Source: Methylococcaceae bacterium (GTDB lineage: Bacteria > Pseudomonadota > Gammaproteobacteria > Methylococcales > Methylomonadaceae). Taken from it: 64,000 nucleotides of DNA. Within the stretch, counting starts at the first letter, position 1; each line of letters begins with the position of its first letter. Under the pieces are notes generated by a model. The model was not told where the DNA came from, searched no databases, and saw only the letters and a program-made list of their open reading frames with translations. Made by a program: the position numbers and the translations under genes. Location of the stretch: NCBI GenBank assembly GCA_947454605.1, contig CANGLL010000001.1, positions 31,523-95,522 of the forward strand, in the 5' to 3' direction. Positions 30,319 to 40,952 of the stretch are shown here, piece after piece.

Positions 30319-30786
30319 TTAATGTAAATAAAGGGGGCTGAGGTCATAGACAAAATCTTCCATTTTGGAGAATGCAATTTCTTCATCAGGTTGACTTAGC
30401 AACACCATTAGGACGATCCATTGGAGCTTTTCCATTGATATATCTTCTTTATCTAGCACCATCACTCTATCAATAATGATTTCTCTATTACGGGTGTTTA
30501 AAATGCCATGTAGTTCAAGAAATAGAATGAAGTTACGGCATTCAATGTCTAGTTTAATTATTTCTACTGGGCAGAAAATACGAAATGTGGAAAAAGCTGT
30601 TTTTTTAATACCTGTATTAATACTTAAAGAGTCTATCCAATCAAAAGCCTTATTAACTTGATAGGTCTCAAATCCGGCTTCTAATAATTCGGTGTGGATG
30701 ATGTCACTATCCGAAGGTAGTTCAATTACCTCCTCCATGTAATTCTCAAATAAGTACATTAGAACATCAAAAATATTTTCTTTCAT
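30319..30786 (-). CDS. smg: Smg / DUF494 family protein
   Basis: FDVLMYLFENY, AGF, KAFDWI, LMVL; between dprA and topA. Confidence 0.9.
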   Translation of the reverse strand: MKENIFDVLMYLFENYMEEVIELPSDSDIIHTELLEAGFETYQVNKAFDWIDSLSINTGIKKTAFSTFRIFCPVEIIKLDIECRNFILFLELHGILNTRNREIIIDRVMVLDKEDISMEKLQWIVLMVLLSQPDEEIAFSKMEDFVYDLSPLYLH

Positions 30787-30800
30787 AGTAGCGAGTATGA

Positions 30801-31907
30801 TTATTTTATTCTTATATAGCAACCACCCGCGGTTGCTTCCAAATAGCCTTGTAGTTCAAGAATTAGCAACATAGAAGAAATTATTTCCACCGAATTGCCG
30901 GTTATTTGTATCAAATTATCAACAGAAGTTGGGTTAAATTGCACATGATTCAATAATGTTTGTTGCTCTAGGTCAAGTGTTGATTCAATAGAAATATTAG
31001 TTGTGTCTTTATCTGTTTGATAATATTGATTTAATTCTTCTAGAATATCTTGAGTCGTTTCAACAAGTTTAGCCCCTTGTCGAATGAGTGCGTTGCAGCC
31101 TCTGGCTAATGGGTTATGAATAGAGCCGGGTATGGCAAAAACTTCTCTATTTTGTTCTAAAGCCATTCTTGCTGTTATTAAGGATCCGCTTTCTTTAGCA
31201 GCTTCCACAACGAGTAGGCCTTGGCATAATCCGCTGATAATACGGTTCCTTCTAGGAAAGTGATTTGCTTTGGCGGTTGTTCCTGGGGGGAATTCTGAAA
31301 TAATAGCACCTGTATTCACAATTTCAGTGGCTAAGTCTTTATGTCTAGCAGGATAGACTCGGTCTAAGCCAGTCCCTGCTACGGCAATGGTAAAGCCTGC
31401 AGATGCTAATGCCCCGCGATGACTAGCGGCATCAATTCCTAATGCGAGGCCACTGGTTATAACAAATCCATGTAGGCTCAATGTTTTGGCAAACTCAAAA
31501 GCGGTATCTATCCCTATAGAGGATGGATTGCGACTGCCTACAATTGCTAATTGGGATTGAGCTAATATAAAAGGGTTACCTCGGACAAATAATAAAGGAG
31601 GTGGATCGGTAATTTCTTTTAGTTGTGCTGGGTAGTTGGCATCGTTAAAAGTGATTACATAATTGTTTTTTTGTTCAGCCCAAATTAAATCTTGCTCGAT
31701 TAAAGACCAATCTGGATTTTTAATGCCGCTTATGAGTTCTGTTTTTAGTCCTAAGGCGGCAAGTGCATAATTGGAATCTGAAAAGATTTGTTTGGGAGTA
31801 GTTGTTTCTATTAGTTTAAGAAAAGTTCTGCAACCTATTCCAGGAGTGCGTAATAGGGCAAGCCAATATTTAAGGTCATTGTCATGGGGTAGTGATAAAG
31901 TGTTCAG
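30801..31907 (-). CDS. dprA: DNA-processing protein DprA (probable CTG start)
   Basis: Frame is open from 31907: YWLAL..TPGIG, YPAQLKEITDPPPLLFVRG, AIVGSR, TSGLALGID, HFPRRNRIISG, SGSLITA. 368 aa from CTG. Confidence 0.92.
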   Translation of the reverse strand: MNTLSLPHDNDLKYWLALLRTPGIGCRTFLKLIETTTPKQIFSDSNYALAALGLKTELISGIKNPDWSLIEQDLIWAEQKNNYVITFNDANYPAQLKEITDPPPLLFVRGNPFILAQSQLAIVGSRNPSSIGIDTAFEFAKTLSLHGFVITSGLALGIDAASHRGALASAGFTIAVAGTGLDRVYPARHKDLATEIVNTGAIISEFPPGTTAKANHFPRRNRIISGLCQGLLVVEAAKESGSLITARMALEQNREVFAIPGSIHNPLARGCNALIRQGAKLVETTQDILEELNQYYQTDKDTTNISIESTLDLEQQTLLNHVQFNPTSVDNLIQITGNSVEIISSMLLILELQGYLEATAGGCYIRIK

Positions 31908-32081
31908 GGTCTTTTAACCTTATTGAAAGAGTACAGATTAAGTCATTGTATAGGAACGTTAACAATCGAGTGATTATAGATTAATTGCTAACAATGATTG
32001 ATTTAATTAGTCTTAGTGCATTCAAAGTGTATATGAAATAATATAGAATTCCAGTATTGAATTATTTTAATGGAGTGGGTG

Positions 32082-32588
32082 TTGGGCATTTTAACTATTC
32101 TGGAGTTTCCAGATGAGCGCTTACGCAAAAAAGCAGCTGTTGTAAAAGTGGTTGATGATAAGATCAGAAGACTATTGGATGATATGTTAGAAACCATGTA
32201 CGATTCTCGTGGAGTGGGTTTAGCAGCTACACAAGTCGATGTGCATCAAAGAATAGTGGTTATTGATGTTAGTGATGATAAAGAAGCTCCTTTAATTTTA
32301 ATCAATCCAGAAATTATTGAGAAAGATGGAGTCAAAGAAGCCGAGGAGGGATGTCTATCCGTACCTGGTTTTTTTGAAAAAGTTACCCGTGCAGAACATA
32401 TTAGAGTGAGGGCGCTTAATAGAGAGGGAGAAATCTTTGAGATTGAGGCCACTGAGTTACTGGCTATTTGTATACAACATGAAGTAGATCACTTGGATGG
32501 TAAATTATTTGTCGATCATATTTCGCCATTAAAGAGACAGCGCATAAAAAAGAAGTTAGAAAAAATTCATAAGATGGAAAAGAGTTAA
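32082..32588 (+). CDS. def: Peptide deformylase
   Basis: [24 protein letters not shown]; TTG 32082 with GGAG RBS (track start 32070). Confidence 0.96.
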   Translation: MGILTILEFPDERLRKKAAVVKVVDDKIRRLLDDMLETMYDSRGVGLAATQVDVHQRIVVIDVSDDKEAPLILINPEIIEKDGVKEAEEGCLSVPGFFEKVTRAEHIRVRALNREGEIFEIEATELLAICIQHEVDHLDGKLFVDHISPLKRQRIKKKLEKIHKMEKS

Positions 32589-32590
32589 TC

Positions 32591-33514
32591 ATGAAGATTA
32601 TTTTCGCTGGCACCCCCGATTTTGCAGTGCCCAGTTTACAAGTTTTGTTGGATGCTAAATACGAGGTGTGCGCTGTTTATACGCAACCTGATCGTCCCTC
32701 TGGGCGTGGTCGACATGAGCAGTTTAGTCCTATTAAAGAATTAGCAATTAAATATGGCATACCCGTCATTCAACCGCTGACATTAAAGGCTGATGAAGAT
32801 TTGACTTTATTAAAATCATTTAATGCAGATTTAATGGTGGTCGTTGCTTACGGAATGATATTAACTGAAGACGCTTTGAATACACCAAAACTAGGATGTA
32901 TTAATGTTCATGGATCGTTGTTACCTCGTTGGCGTGGCGCAGCCCCCATTCAGCGTTGTTTAATGGCAGGCGATGAAAAGACGGGGGTTACTATAATGAA
33001 AATTGCGCGCAAATTGGATGCGGGTGACATGCTTCATAAAGAAGAATATCTGATAGGTATGAATGACACAGCGAGTGTTTTACATGATAAGTTAGCAGCA
33101 CTGGGTGCGGTTGGGTTATGTAAAGTATTAGCAGAGATGGAAAAAGGACCTGTTTTAGCCGAGTTGCAAGATGAGAGTTTAGTGACTTATGCGGAAAAAT
33201 TGACTAAAGCAGAAGCTGAAGTTGACTGGCATCAATCTGCACAAGACTTAGCCCTTAAAGTGCGTGGTTTAAATGCTTGGCCAGTCGCTCAAACAGTTTA
33301 TCAAGGCAGTGTATTACGTATTTGGCATGCTGAGGCATTAGAATGTGGTTTGGATTTAGAACCTGGAACAATCAGTTGCTTGAATAAAAATATTGATGTT
33401 GCTACGGGTAAAGGCACATTACGCTTAAGAGAGGTGCAATTGCCAGGAGGAAAGCGGATATCAGCTCAAGCATTCCTTAATGCTCACTCAGTTAATGGTG
33501 TAAAACTAGGTTGA
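32591..33514 (+). CDS. fmt: Methionyl-tRNA formyltransferase
   Basis: IIFAGTPDFA, TQPDRP, NVHGSLLPRWRGAAPIQR. Confidence 0.97.
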   Translation: MKIIFAGTPDFAVPSLQVLLDAKYEVCAVYTQPDRPSGRGRHEQFSPIKELAIKYGIPVIQPLTLKADEDLTLLKSFNADLMVVVAYGMILTEDALNTPKLGCINVHGSLLPRWRGAAPIQRCLMAGDEKTGVTIMKIARKLDAGDMLHKEEYLIGMNDTASVLHDKLAALGAVGLCKVLAEMEKGPVLAELQDESLVTYAEKLTKAEAEVDWHQSAQDLALKVRGLNAWPVAQTVYQGSVLRIWHAEALECGLDLEPGTISCLNKNIDVATGKGTLRLREVQLPGGKRISAQAFLNAHSVNGVKLG

Positions 33515-34797
33515 ATACTCGATTGATTGCGGCAAGAGTAATATCCAATGTTTTAAAAGACGGTAAATCTTTAAATACGGCCTTAGATAATGCGTTGTTA
33601 TCCGTGGAGTCAACTAAAGACAAAGCTTTTATTCAAGCACTGTGCTACGGCGTTTGTCGTTACTTTTATCGCTTAAGTTTTATTCTAAATGAATTGCTAG
33701 ATAAGCCGATTAAAGATTCGGAAATTAATGCCTTGGCTTTAGTGGGGCTTTATCAGCTCAACTACATGCGTGTAAAACAGCATGCTGCAGTTTCAGAAAC
33801 TGTTTTGGCAGCAAAGGAAAAAACCTGGGCTAAATCGCTTGTTAATGCACTATTGAGAACTTATTTAAGGCAACAGGGTGTGCTAGAACAGAAGGCTGAT
33901 GAGAACGTTGCGGCAAGTGTTAGTCATCCTAAATGGTTGCTTAGGCAAATTGAACTAGATTGGCCTGAGCGAGTATCACAAATTTTAGAAGCAAATAATC
34001 AGCAACCTCCTATGGTGCTGAGAGTTAATTTGGCTTTAATCTCTCGAGATCAGTATCTAAAATCATTATCAGCTCATGAGTTGGCAGCAGAGACAGTCAG
34101 TTTTTGTGAATCTAGTCTTATTTTGAGTAAACCAGTTCCGGTAGAATTATTGCCTGGTTTTGAGCAAGGTCATGTGTCCGTGCAAGATACGGCAGCGCAA
34201 TTAGCTGCCGGTTTACTAGATGTACAGGTCGGTCAAAGAGTTTTGGATGTTTGTGCTGCGCCGGGTGGTAAAACGGTACATATTTTAGAGAGTCAGCCAC
34301 ATTTAAAAGAATTAGTTGCCATTGATATTGATGAGGCAAGATTGTCGAGGGTTCAAGAAAACTTACTCCGTTCAAATGTCTCGGCTCAATTGATTGTTGG
34401 AGATGCGGCTCAGCCGAAGGATTGGTGGGATGGTCAATTGTTTGATCGTATTTTGTTAGATGCGCCATGCTCCGCTTTAGGTGTGATTCGGCGTCACCCA
34501 GATATCAAAATTCTCCGTAAGCCTGATGATATAAAAGCTTTGCAACTTTTGCAAAAATCTATTTTAGCGGCGACTTGGCCTTTATTATCATCGGGTGGAT
34601 TATTGCTTTATGCGACTTGCTCTATTCTTAAACAAGAAAACGAAGAGCAAATAATGGAGTTTTTGGCAATGCATGCGGATGCCTTTGAGGTGCCTATTGA
34701 TGCGACATGGGGTAATGCCGTACAGCGGGGGAGGCAAATTTTGACAGGTGATTCAGAAATGGACGGCTTTTATTATGCCCTTATTAAGAAGTCGTAA
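33511..34797 (+). CDS. rsmB: 16S rRNA m5C967 methyltransferase
   Basis: NusB-like N-terminus, DVCAAPGGKT, LLDAPCS, YATCS. Confidence 0.95.
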   Translation: MNTRLIAARVISNVLKDGKSLNTALDNALLSVESTKDKAFIQALCYGVCRYFYRLSFILNELLDKPIKDSEINALALVGLYQLNYMRVKQHAAVSETVLAAKEKTWAKSLVNALLRTYLRQQGVLEQKADENVAASVSHPKWLLRQIELDWPERVSQILEANNQQPPMVLRVNLALISRDQYLKSLSAHELAAETVSFCESSLILSKPVPVELLPGFEQGHVSVQDTAAQLAAGLLDVQVGQRVLDVCAAPGGKTVHILESQPHLKELVAIDIDEARLSRVQENLLRSNVSAQLIVGDAAQPKDWWDGQLFDRILLDAPCSALGVIRRHPDIKILRKPDDIKALQLLQKSILAATWPLLSSGGLLLYATCSILKQENEEQIMEFLAMHADAFEVPIDATWGNAVQRGRQILTGDSEMDGFYYALIKKS

Positions 34798-35353
34798 GCG
34801 TTTCTGTCAATTACTCCTTATGATTATTTTAGGAATTTTGTCTTTCTTGGTCAGTGGAGCGGAGTTTTCTGCAGAAATAAAGCAGGGTGATATTGCCAAG
34901 AGGAGTGATGAGTACTTTTTGTCAGTGAATATTGATTATCATTTGAGTGAAAAAGCTAAAACCGCTTTGCAAAATGGAGTGCCTTTATATTGGAATTTAT
35001 TAGTAAAAGTTAAAAAATCTCCTGATTTTTTTTGGGATAAGACTTGGTTAAAAGTCGCTAAGCGTTATCAGCTTCAATATCATGCTTTGTTAAATATGTA
35101 TCGAGTTAAAAATGAGGATAATGGAGAGGTCCACAGTTTTTCTTCTTTATCATCAGCTTTAGAATTGATGTCGGTGATAATTGATTTGCCACTCATAAAT
35201 AAAGCATTGCTTGATCCAGAACATCAGTACTTATGTTTAATTAAATTAGATTTCAAACGAGATGATTTGCCTTTACCGTTGCGTCCGTTTGCATATATTG
35301 ATCCCCAATGGTACCTGTCAAGTGAATGGACATCATGGCCCCTGAAAAAATAA
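34775..35353 (+). CDS. DUF4390 family protein
   Basis: ALQNGVPL, LQYHAL, LPLPLRP; conserved position between rsmB and ntrY. Confidence 0.85.
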   Translation: MPLLRSRKRFCQLLLMIILGILSFLVSGAEFSAEIKQGDIAKRSDEYFLSVNIDYHLSEKAKTALQNGVPLYWNLLVKVKKSPDFFWDKTWLKVAKRYQLQYHALLNMYRVKNEDNGEVHSFSSLSSALELMSVIIDLPLINKALLDPEHQYLCLIKLDFKRDDLPLPLRPFAYIDPQWYLSSEWTSWPLKK

Positions 35354-37491
35354 AGCCTCCAGTAAATTTGTCTGTGTTGATTCTTTTTGGCCTGATTTTG
35401 TTATCTTTGCAGTTAATGAGTTCAGCGATGCAGGAGTCTTCAGAGCTGAGCGCTATGTATTCTTGGTTGTTATTATTCAATACATTGGGTTCTGTTGTGT
35501 TGTTAGTTTTGGTCGGTGCAAATATTTATGCATTGCTACAGCATACTAAAAGACGAGAAGCCGGCTCTAGATTAACGGCTCGTATGATGTCTCTTTTTGT
35601 GGTTTTAGCTTTAGCTCCCGCAATTATTGTATTTTATTTTTCTATGCAGTTTCTGCATCAGGGTATTGATAGTTGGTTTAATGTTGAAATAGACCGGGCA
35701 ATGGAGGATGCTTTAGAACTAAGTCAAGCATCTTTAGATCAAAGAATGCGGGGGCAGTTGCGACAAACTGAGCAATTAATTGATCAATTGGAAGGTTTTT
35801 CTGAAAATGCAGCGACTATAGAGATAGAGCATTTGCGTGAGTTATCCGGTGCATCTGAAATGACATTGTTTTCTAAGCAAGGTCGCATTATTGCTTCAAG
35901 TAGTAATAATCCCGCAGATATTTTACCGAGTTTGCCTGAAGAGCATATTTGGTTGCAGTTGCGTCAAAATGGCTTCTTTATGGCGTTAGCACCGGTTCAT
36001 GAACATGAATTAATGGTGCGGGTTATTGTTACTGTTAAATCTTTAGAGTCCCAATATTTACAAGCTTTGTATCCAGTGCCTGTAAGAATTGCTGATTTAG
36101 CTGACTCAGTCGAGTTTGCTTCAGCTCGTTATCAAGAAATGAGTTATTTGAGGAACTCATTGCGTATGAGTTTTAGTTTGGCGCTGTCTTTGGTTCTGTT
36201 AATGAGTTTATTGGCGGCAATATGGGTTGCATTCATTAGTATTAGAAATATTACTGCGCCAGTAAAAGAGTTAGTAAAAGGTACTAAAGCAGTGGCCTCA
36301 GGTCATTATGATCAAATACTTCCCGTTATGGCTCAAGATGACTTAGGGTTTTTAGTTGAGTCTTTTAATGATATGACAAACCGTATTGCTCAAGCGCGTG
36401 ATGAAACTCGCAAAGTGGGAGTTGAAGTTGAAAATCAGCGTGCTTACTTAGAAACAATATTGGGTAATTTAACGGCAGGTGTTATTAGTTTTGATGAGAC
36501 TTTTAAAATTCGAACAGCTAATCAGGCGGCTTATCGAATTTTTCGAGTGCATGTAAATCAGTTCGTTGGTAAAACTCTATTGGAGTTGGTTGAAACTTAT
36601 GTTGAATTAGTTGAGCCGCTTAAATCTATACAACATTTACTAGAAAATGCTGACGATATTTGGCAGCAAAGAATTGCATTTTTGGGGCCTAATGGTCGTC
36701 AAGAGTTGCTTTGTAGGGGAACACCTTTATTTTCTCAAGAAGGTTTTCGAGTAGGCTCAGTGGTTGTTTTTGATGATGTTACAGACTTGATACAAGCGCA
36801 AAAGAATGCAGCCTGGGGAGAGGTGGCAAGAAGACTGGCACACGAAATTAAAAATCCATTAACTCCAATTCAATTATCAGCAGAAAGATTGCAGCTTAAA
36901 TTAGCAAATAAATTAGATAGTTCTGATGGGGCTATCTTGCAGAGATCCATTCTAACTATTGTACAGCAGGTTGAAGCCATGAAAGAAATGGTTGATGATT
37001 TTTCTGAATATGCAAAACCATCGAAAAAACAGTCGCTTAATGTTAACATATCTCATTTGATTCAAGAAGTATTGGCTTTATATACTTTAAGAGAGGGTGT
37101 TAGGTTTAAAGCACGGTATCAATCTGGCTTGCAAATTGTCAACGGTGATCCGGTAAGTATTAGACAGGTAATACATAATTTAATAAAAAATTCTTTAGAA
37201 GCAGTTGGTTTGGAAGGATTAATTGAAATAAATGTGCATAGAGTGCTCAAAAATAATACAGATTTCATTGAAATAGCGCTTTATGATAATGGCGCAGGTA
37301 TCAAAGAGGATCAAGTTGAGAAGATATTTGAACCTTATGTTACAACAAAAGTAAAAGGTACTGGTTTGGGTCTTGCTATTGTAAAAAAGATAATAGAAGA
37401 TCATGGCGGTGCGATATGGGTCGATAATGGTCGTAAGGTGGGAGCAGGTTTTATAATCCAACTTCCTGCGTGTAACTCTGAGTTGTCATAG
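35326..37491 (+). CDS. NtrY-like sensor histidine kinase (HAMP-PAS-HisKA-HATPase)
   Basis: N-terminal TM helices, IDSWF, AWGEVARRLAHEIKNPLTPIQLSAERL, GTGLGL. Confidence 0.9.
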   Translation: MDIMAPEKIKPPVNLSVLILFGLILLSLQLMSSAMQESSELSAMYSWLLLFNTLGSVVLLVLVGANIYALLQHTKRREAGSRLTARMMSLFVVLALAPAIIVFYFSMQFLHQGIDSWFNVEIDRAMEDALELSQASLDQRMRGQLRQTEQLIDQLEGFSENAATIEIEHLRELSGASEMTLFSKQGRIIASSSNNPADILPSLPEEHIWLQLRQNGFFMALAPVHEHELMVRVIVTVKSLESQYLQALYPVPVRIADLADSVEFASARYQEMSYLRNSLRMSFSLALSLVLLMSLLAAIWVAFISIRNITAPVKELVKGTKAVASGHYDQILPVMAQDDLGFLVESFNDMTNRIAQARDETRKVGVEVENQRAYLETILGNLTAGVISFDETFKIRTANQAAYRIFRVHVNQFVGKTLLELVETYVELVEPLKSIQHLLENADDIWQQRIAFLGPNGRQELLCRGTPLFSQEGFRVGSVVVFDDVTDLIQAQKNAAWGEVARRLAHEIKNPLTPIQLSAERLQLKLANKLDSSDGAILQRSILTIVQQVEAMKEMVDDFSEYAKPSKKQSLNVNISHLIQEVLALYTLREGVRFKARYQSGLQIVNGDPVSIRQVIHNLIKNSLEAVGLEGLIEINVHRVLKNNTDFIEIALYDNGAGIKEDQVEKIFEPYVTTKVKGTGLGLAIVKKIIEDHGGAIWVDNGRKVGAGFIIQLPACNSELS

Positions 37492-37497
37492 AAAATT

Positions 37498-38859
37498 ATG
37501 AATATAAATTCCCCTCGAATATTAGTTGTAGATGATGAGCCTGAAATTCGCCGATTAGTTTGTGAAATACTCGAGGATGAGGGTTATCTAGTGGCTTCGG
37601 CAGAAAACGGTTTTGAAGCTAGAAAGCTAAAAATTTCATACAAGCCTGATTTAATATTACTCGATATTTGGATGCCAGATACTGATGGGGTGTCTCTTTT
37701 AAAAGAATGGGTTGCAGAAGATTATATGCTTTGCCCCGTAGTGATGATGTCGGGACATGGATCAGTAGAGGTTGCTGTTGAAGCCACTCGATTGGGAGCC
37801 TACGATTTTCTAGAGAAGCCCTTATCTTTGGCGAAATTATTATTGATTGTAGATCGAGCATTAGAGGCGGGTAATCTTCAAATTGAAAACGCCGGACTTA
37901 AGAAGCAATTAGTCGTTGATATGGAGCCGGTAGGTAAAAGCGCCGCGGTAGAGCGAATTAAAGATCAATTAAAGCGCCTAGCTCTGCATGATACGCGCGT
38001 CTTGTTTTGTGGTGAGGCGGGTGTTGGTAAAGAGCTTTATGCGCGTTATTTACATAACAATAGCCCACATCGTCAAGGCCCTTTTGTTGATGTCGCTGTC
38101 GGCAGTATTTCACCTGAAAATTCGGCCGTAGAGTTTTTTGGTAAAGAAACTCAGGGCAGTGTTTATCCGGGATTGTTAGAGCGGGCCAACAAGGGTACGC
38201 TATTTTTAAGTGAAATTGGCGGCATGGATCAAGAGACACAGCTGCGTTTGTTGAGTGCATTGGAGTCCAGTTCTTTTTTGCGAGTTGGAGGCAGTGAGAA
38301 GGTTAACGTTGATGTAAGAGTTATCACTTCTAGTCGAGTTTCCATGGATGATGAGGTTGGATCGGGGAGATTCAGGCAAGATTTATATTATATGCTGAAT
38401 GAAGTAGCTTTTAACATTCCTCCTTTGCGAGAGCACAGTGAAGATGTGCCAGGATTATTAAGCTTCTATATAGATCATTTTGTTACACACGATAAACTCG
38501 CTTTTCGTAGATTTTCCATGGCGGCACAAAACTTTTTGAGAAATTATACATGGCGGGGTAATGTTAGAGAATTAAAGAACCTTGTGCAGCGATTAATGAT
38601 ATTGGGTGTTGGAGAGGAAATAGAATTAGATGAGGTTAAAACTGCGCTTGGATCAGTTGTTTCAGACGTTATGTTGGCGGTCGCGGTGCCTGAGTTTTTT
38701 AATTTACCCTTAAAAGAAGCGCGCGATCATTTTGAAAAAGCATACTTAGAGTATCATTTTGAGCGAACTGGTGGGAGTGTGGCCAAATTATCGGCAGCTG
38801 TTGGAATGGAAAGAACGCATCTTTATCGAAAACTACATTCGTTAAATATTAAATTGTAA
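37498..38859 (+). CDS. NtrX-like response regulator (REC-AAA+-HTH)
   Basis: LLDIWMPD, MMSGHG, GEAGVGKE, WRGNVREL, ERTHLYRKL. Confidence 0.9.
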   Translation: MNINSPRILVVDDEPEIRRLVCEILEDEGYLVASAENGFEARKLKISYKPDLILLDIWMPDTDGVSLLKEWVAEDYMLCPVVMMSGHGSVEVAVEATRLGAYDFLEKPLSLAKLLLIVDRALEAGNLQIENAGLKKQLVVDMEPVGKSAAVERIKDQLKRLALHDTRVLFCGEAGVGKELYARYLHNNSPHRQGPFVDVAVGSISPENSAVEFFGKETQGSVYPGLLERANKGTLFLSEIGGMDQETQLRLLSALESSSFLRVGGSEKVNVDVRVITSSRVSMDDEVGSGRFRQDLYYMLNEVAFNIPPLREHSEDVPGLLSFYIDHFVTHDKLAFRRFSMAAQNFLRNYTWRGNVRELKNLVQRLMILGVGEEIELDEVKTALGSVVSDVMLAVAVPEFFNLPLKEARDHFEKAYLEYHFERTGGSVAKLSAAVGMERTHLYRKLHSLNIKL

Positions 38860-39000
38860 AATCAGCTAAGATTCAATTAAGTCTTGATTTTATAGCGGGC
38901 CTTGCTGTAAAATTACCTGTTCGGTGGGTATGGCTCGTTTTTAATGATGAGATGTTCGGATTGGACATAATAAATTTTATACCTGAAATATAAATAAACA

Positions 39001-39029
39001 TTGAAAGACATGACAATGTTTAGTAAAAT
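39001..39029 (+). promoter_or_regulatory. sigma70 promoter of rplM-rpsI
   Basis: TTGAAA-17 nt-TAAAAT, 42 nt upstream of the rplM ATG. Confidence 0.6.
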
Positions 39030-39071
39030 TCTCGCTCTTTTATTGAGCCTTTAGAGAAAGACTAAGTAACG

Positions 39072-39500
39072 ATGAAAACATTTAGTGCAAAACCAGCAGA
39101 AGTTAAGCGCGATTGGTATGTAGTTGATGCAGATGGGAAGACGCTAGGTCGCCTTGCTTCTGAGATTGCATTACGTCTCCGCGGTAAACATAAACCAGAA
39201 TACACACCGCACGTTGATACCGGTGATTACATTATTGTTGTGAACGTAGATAAAATTGGCGTTACTGGCAATAAAGAAAAAGACAAGTTGTATCAACATC
39301 ATACTGGTTATATTGGTAACTTAAAAACAGTTAGCTTAGGTAAATTAAGACAAACGTTCCCAGATCGTATTCTTACTAATGCAGTTAAAGGTATGTTACC
39401 GAACAATCCATTGGGTCGTGCAATGTTCAAGAAATTGAAAGTATATGCAGGATCTGAACACGATCATCAGGCTCAACAGCCAAAAGTTTTAGAATTATAA
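39072..39500 (+). CDS. rplM: 50S ribosomal protein L13
   Basis: [30 protein letters not shown]. Confidence 0.98.
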   Translation: MKTFSAKPAEVKRDWYVVDADGKTLGRLASEIALRLRGKHKPEYTPHVDTGDYIIVVNVDKIGVTGNKEKDKLYQHHTGYIGNLKTVSLGKLRQTFPDRILTNAVKGMLPNNPLGRAMFKKLKVYAGSEHDHQAQQPKVLEL

Positions 39501-39511
39501 GCGAGTAGACT

Positions 39512-39904
39512 ATGGCAGCAGCTCAGTATTACGGAACAGGTCGTCGTAAAAGTGCAATTGCACGTGTTTACGCAACTTCAGGGACTGGAAAAATTACAAT
39601 CAACAAAAAAACGCTAGAAGATTATTTTGGTCGCAAAACTGACCAAATGGTTTCACGTCAACCATTAGAGTGTGTTGAGTTAGTAGGAAAGTTTGATGTA
39701 AATGTTATTGTTAAAGGTGGCGGTCCATCAGGACAAGCAGGTGCTATTCGTCATGGCTTAACACGTGCTTTGATAGTATATGATGAAGCTTTACGATCTC
39801 CATTAAGAAAAGCTGGCTTTGTAACGCGTGATTCACGTATTGTTGAACGTAAAAAGATTGGTTTGCACAAAGCAAGAAAGCGTCCACAATACTCAAAACG
39901 TTAA
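39512..39904 (+). CDS. rpsI: 30S ribosomal protein S9
   Basis: [30 protein letters not shown]. Confidence 0.98.
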   Translation: MAAAQYYGTGRRKSAIARVYATSGTGKITINKKTLEDYFGRKTDQMVSRQPLECVELVGKFDVNVIVKGGGPSGQAGAIRHGLTRALIVYDEALRSPLRKAGFVTRDSRIVERKKIGLHKARKRPQYSKR

Positions 39905-39949
39905 TTATCGCCTTTCATGGTGGGTAATTTTATTTATCCTTTGTGAAAT

Positions 39950-39985
39950 AAAAAGGTCGCATTTTAAAATGTGGCCTTTTTTTTT
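39950..39985 (+). terminator. Intrinsic terminator after rpsI
   Basis: AAAAAGGTCGCATTTT/AAAATGTGGCCTTTTTTTTT hairpin with poly-T. Confidence 0.8.
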
Positions 39986-40165
39986 GGGACATAGAAAGTC
40001 TTAAGCTTTACAAATAGATGTTAATAATGGTATTAATAAACTAAAGTTACTGAGTTTATTAGTTTTATGAAGTATTAGTTACAGCCAAATTGTAGTTACA
40101 AAAACTGCCATAAGCAGATAATTTTTTCAAGTTTATTCATTATAAAGATCAGATAGATAAATCTA

Positions 40166-40936
40166 ATGTCGCAGGAATCAAAAAAAACAACGAATTTAAC
40201 GATTGCGCTTGAATTTAAGACGAGTACTTTTTCAGTGCCTGTTTTGATATTGGCGACGGATGATTTAAGTATGCTAGAACAACAGCTTGCTTTAAAAATT
40301 AAACAGGCGCCTGAGTTTTTTAAAAACGCACCTCTAGTTCTGGACTTGCAAGAAATCAATAAACAAGGTTATGTGGTTGATATTACTGAATTGGTAGGGG
40401 TGGTTAGAAAAGCTGGTTTACTTGTAGTTGGTATAAGAGCAGGTAATGTGCTTCAAAATAAACAATCATTAGAGCTCGGTATACCTGTTTATTCAGCACA
40501 AGGCCGAGATTCAGTAGTAGAGAATAAAAACCTAGTGAAAGTTGACGATGTTGCCTTAATTTCTCCGGTGTCTTCAAAACCAGAAGAAATAAAAGTGTCC
40601 GTGCCAACTACATTAATTACGCATCCAGTTAGATCAGGGCAGCGAATATATGCAGCAGGTGATTTAGTGATTATGGCTCAAGTAAGTGCCGGAGCAGAAA
40701 TTATAGCTGAGGGTAATATTCATGTTTATAGTACTTTAAGAGGGCGGGCATTAGCCGGGGTTCATGGTGACAATGAGGCTCGGATATTTTGCTTTGATCT
40801 GCAAGCGGAATTGATTTCCATAGCTGGTAATTATAAGGTCAGTGAAGATTTAGGTGCTTCAGTGCGTAATAAGCCAGTTCAGATTTATTTGCAAGACAAT
40901 GCATTAATCATTAAAGATATTGTGTTACACCATTAA
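40166..40936 (+). CDS. minC: Septum site-determining protein MinC
   Basis: QAPEFFKNAP, PVRSGQRIYA, GNIHVY, LRGRALAG. Confidence 0.95.
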   Translation: MSQESKKTTNLTIALEFKTSTFSVPVLILATDDLSMLEQQLALKIKQAPEFFKNAPLVLDLQEINKQGYVVDITELVGVVRKAGLLVVGIRAGNVLQNKQSLELGIPVYSAQGRDSVVENKNLVKVDDVALISPVSSKPEEIKVSVPTTLITHPVRSGQRIYAAGDLVIMAQVSAGAEIIAEGNIHVYSTLRGRALAGVHGDNEARIFCFDLQAELISIAGNYKVSEDLGASVRNKPVQIYLQDNALIIKDIVLHH

Positions 40937-40952
40937 CGTAGAGGAAAATTTT

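Noticed and set aside
30801-31481. dprA as a 5'-truncated pseudogene (226 aa in the track)
   Set aside because: The frame is open and DprA-like for a further 142 codons; the issue is the start codon.
39905-40165. Possible tRNA or sRNA after rpsI
   Set aside because: No cloverleaf, T-loop GTTCRA or CCA; only a terminator and AT-rich promoter DNA.
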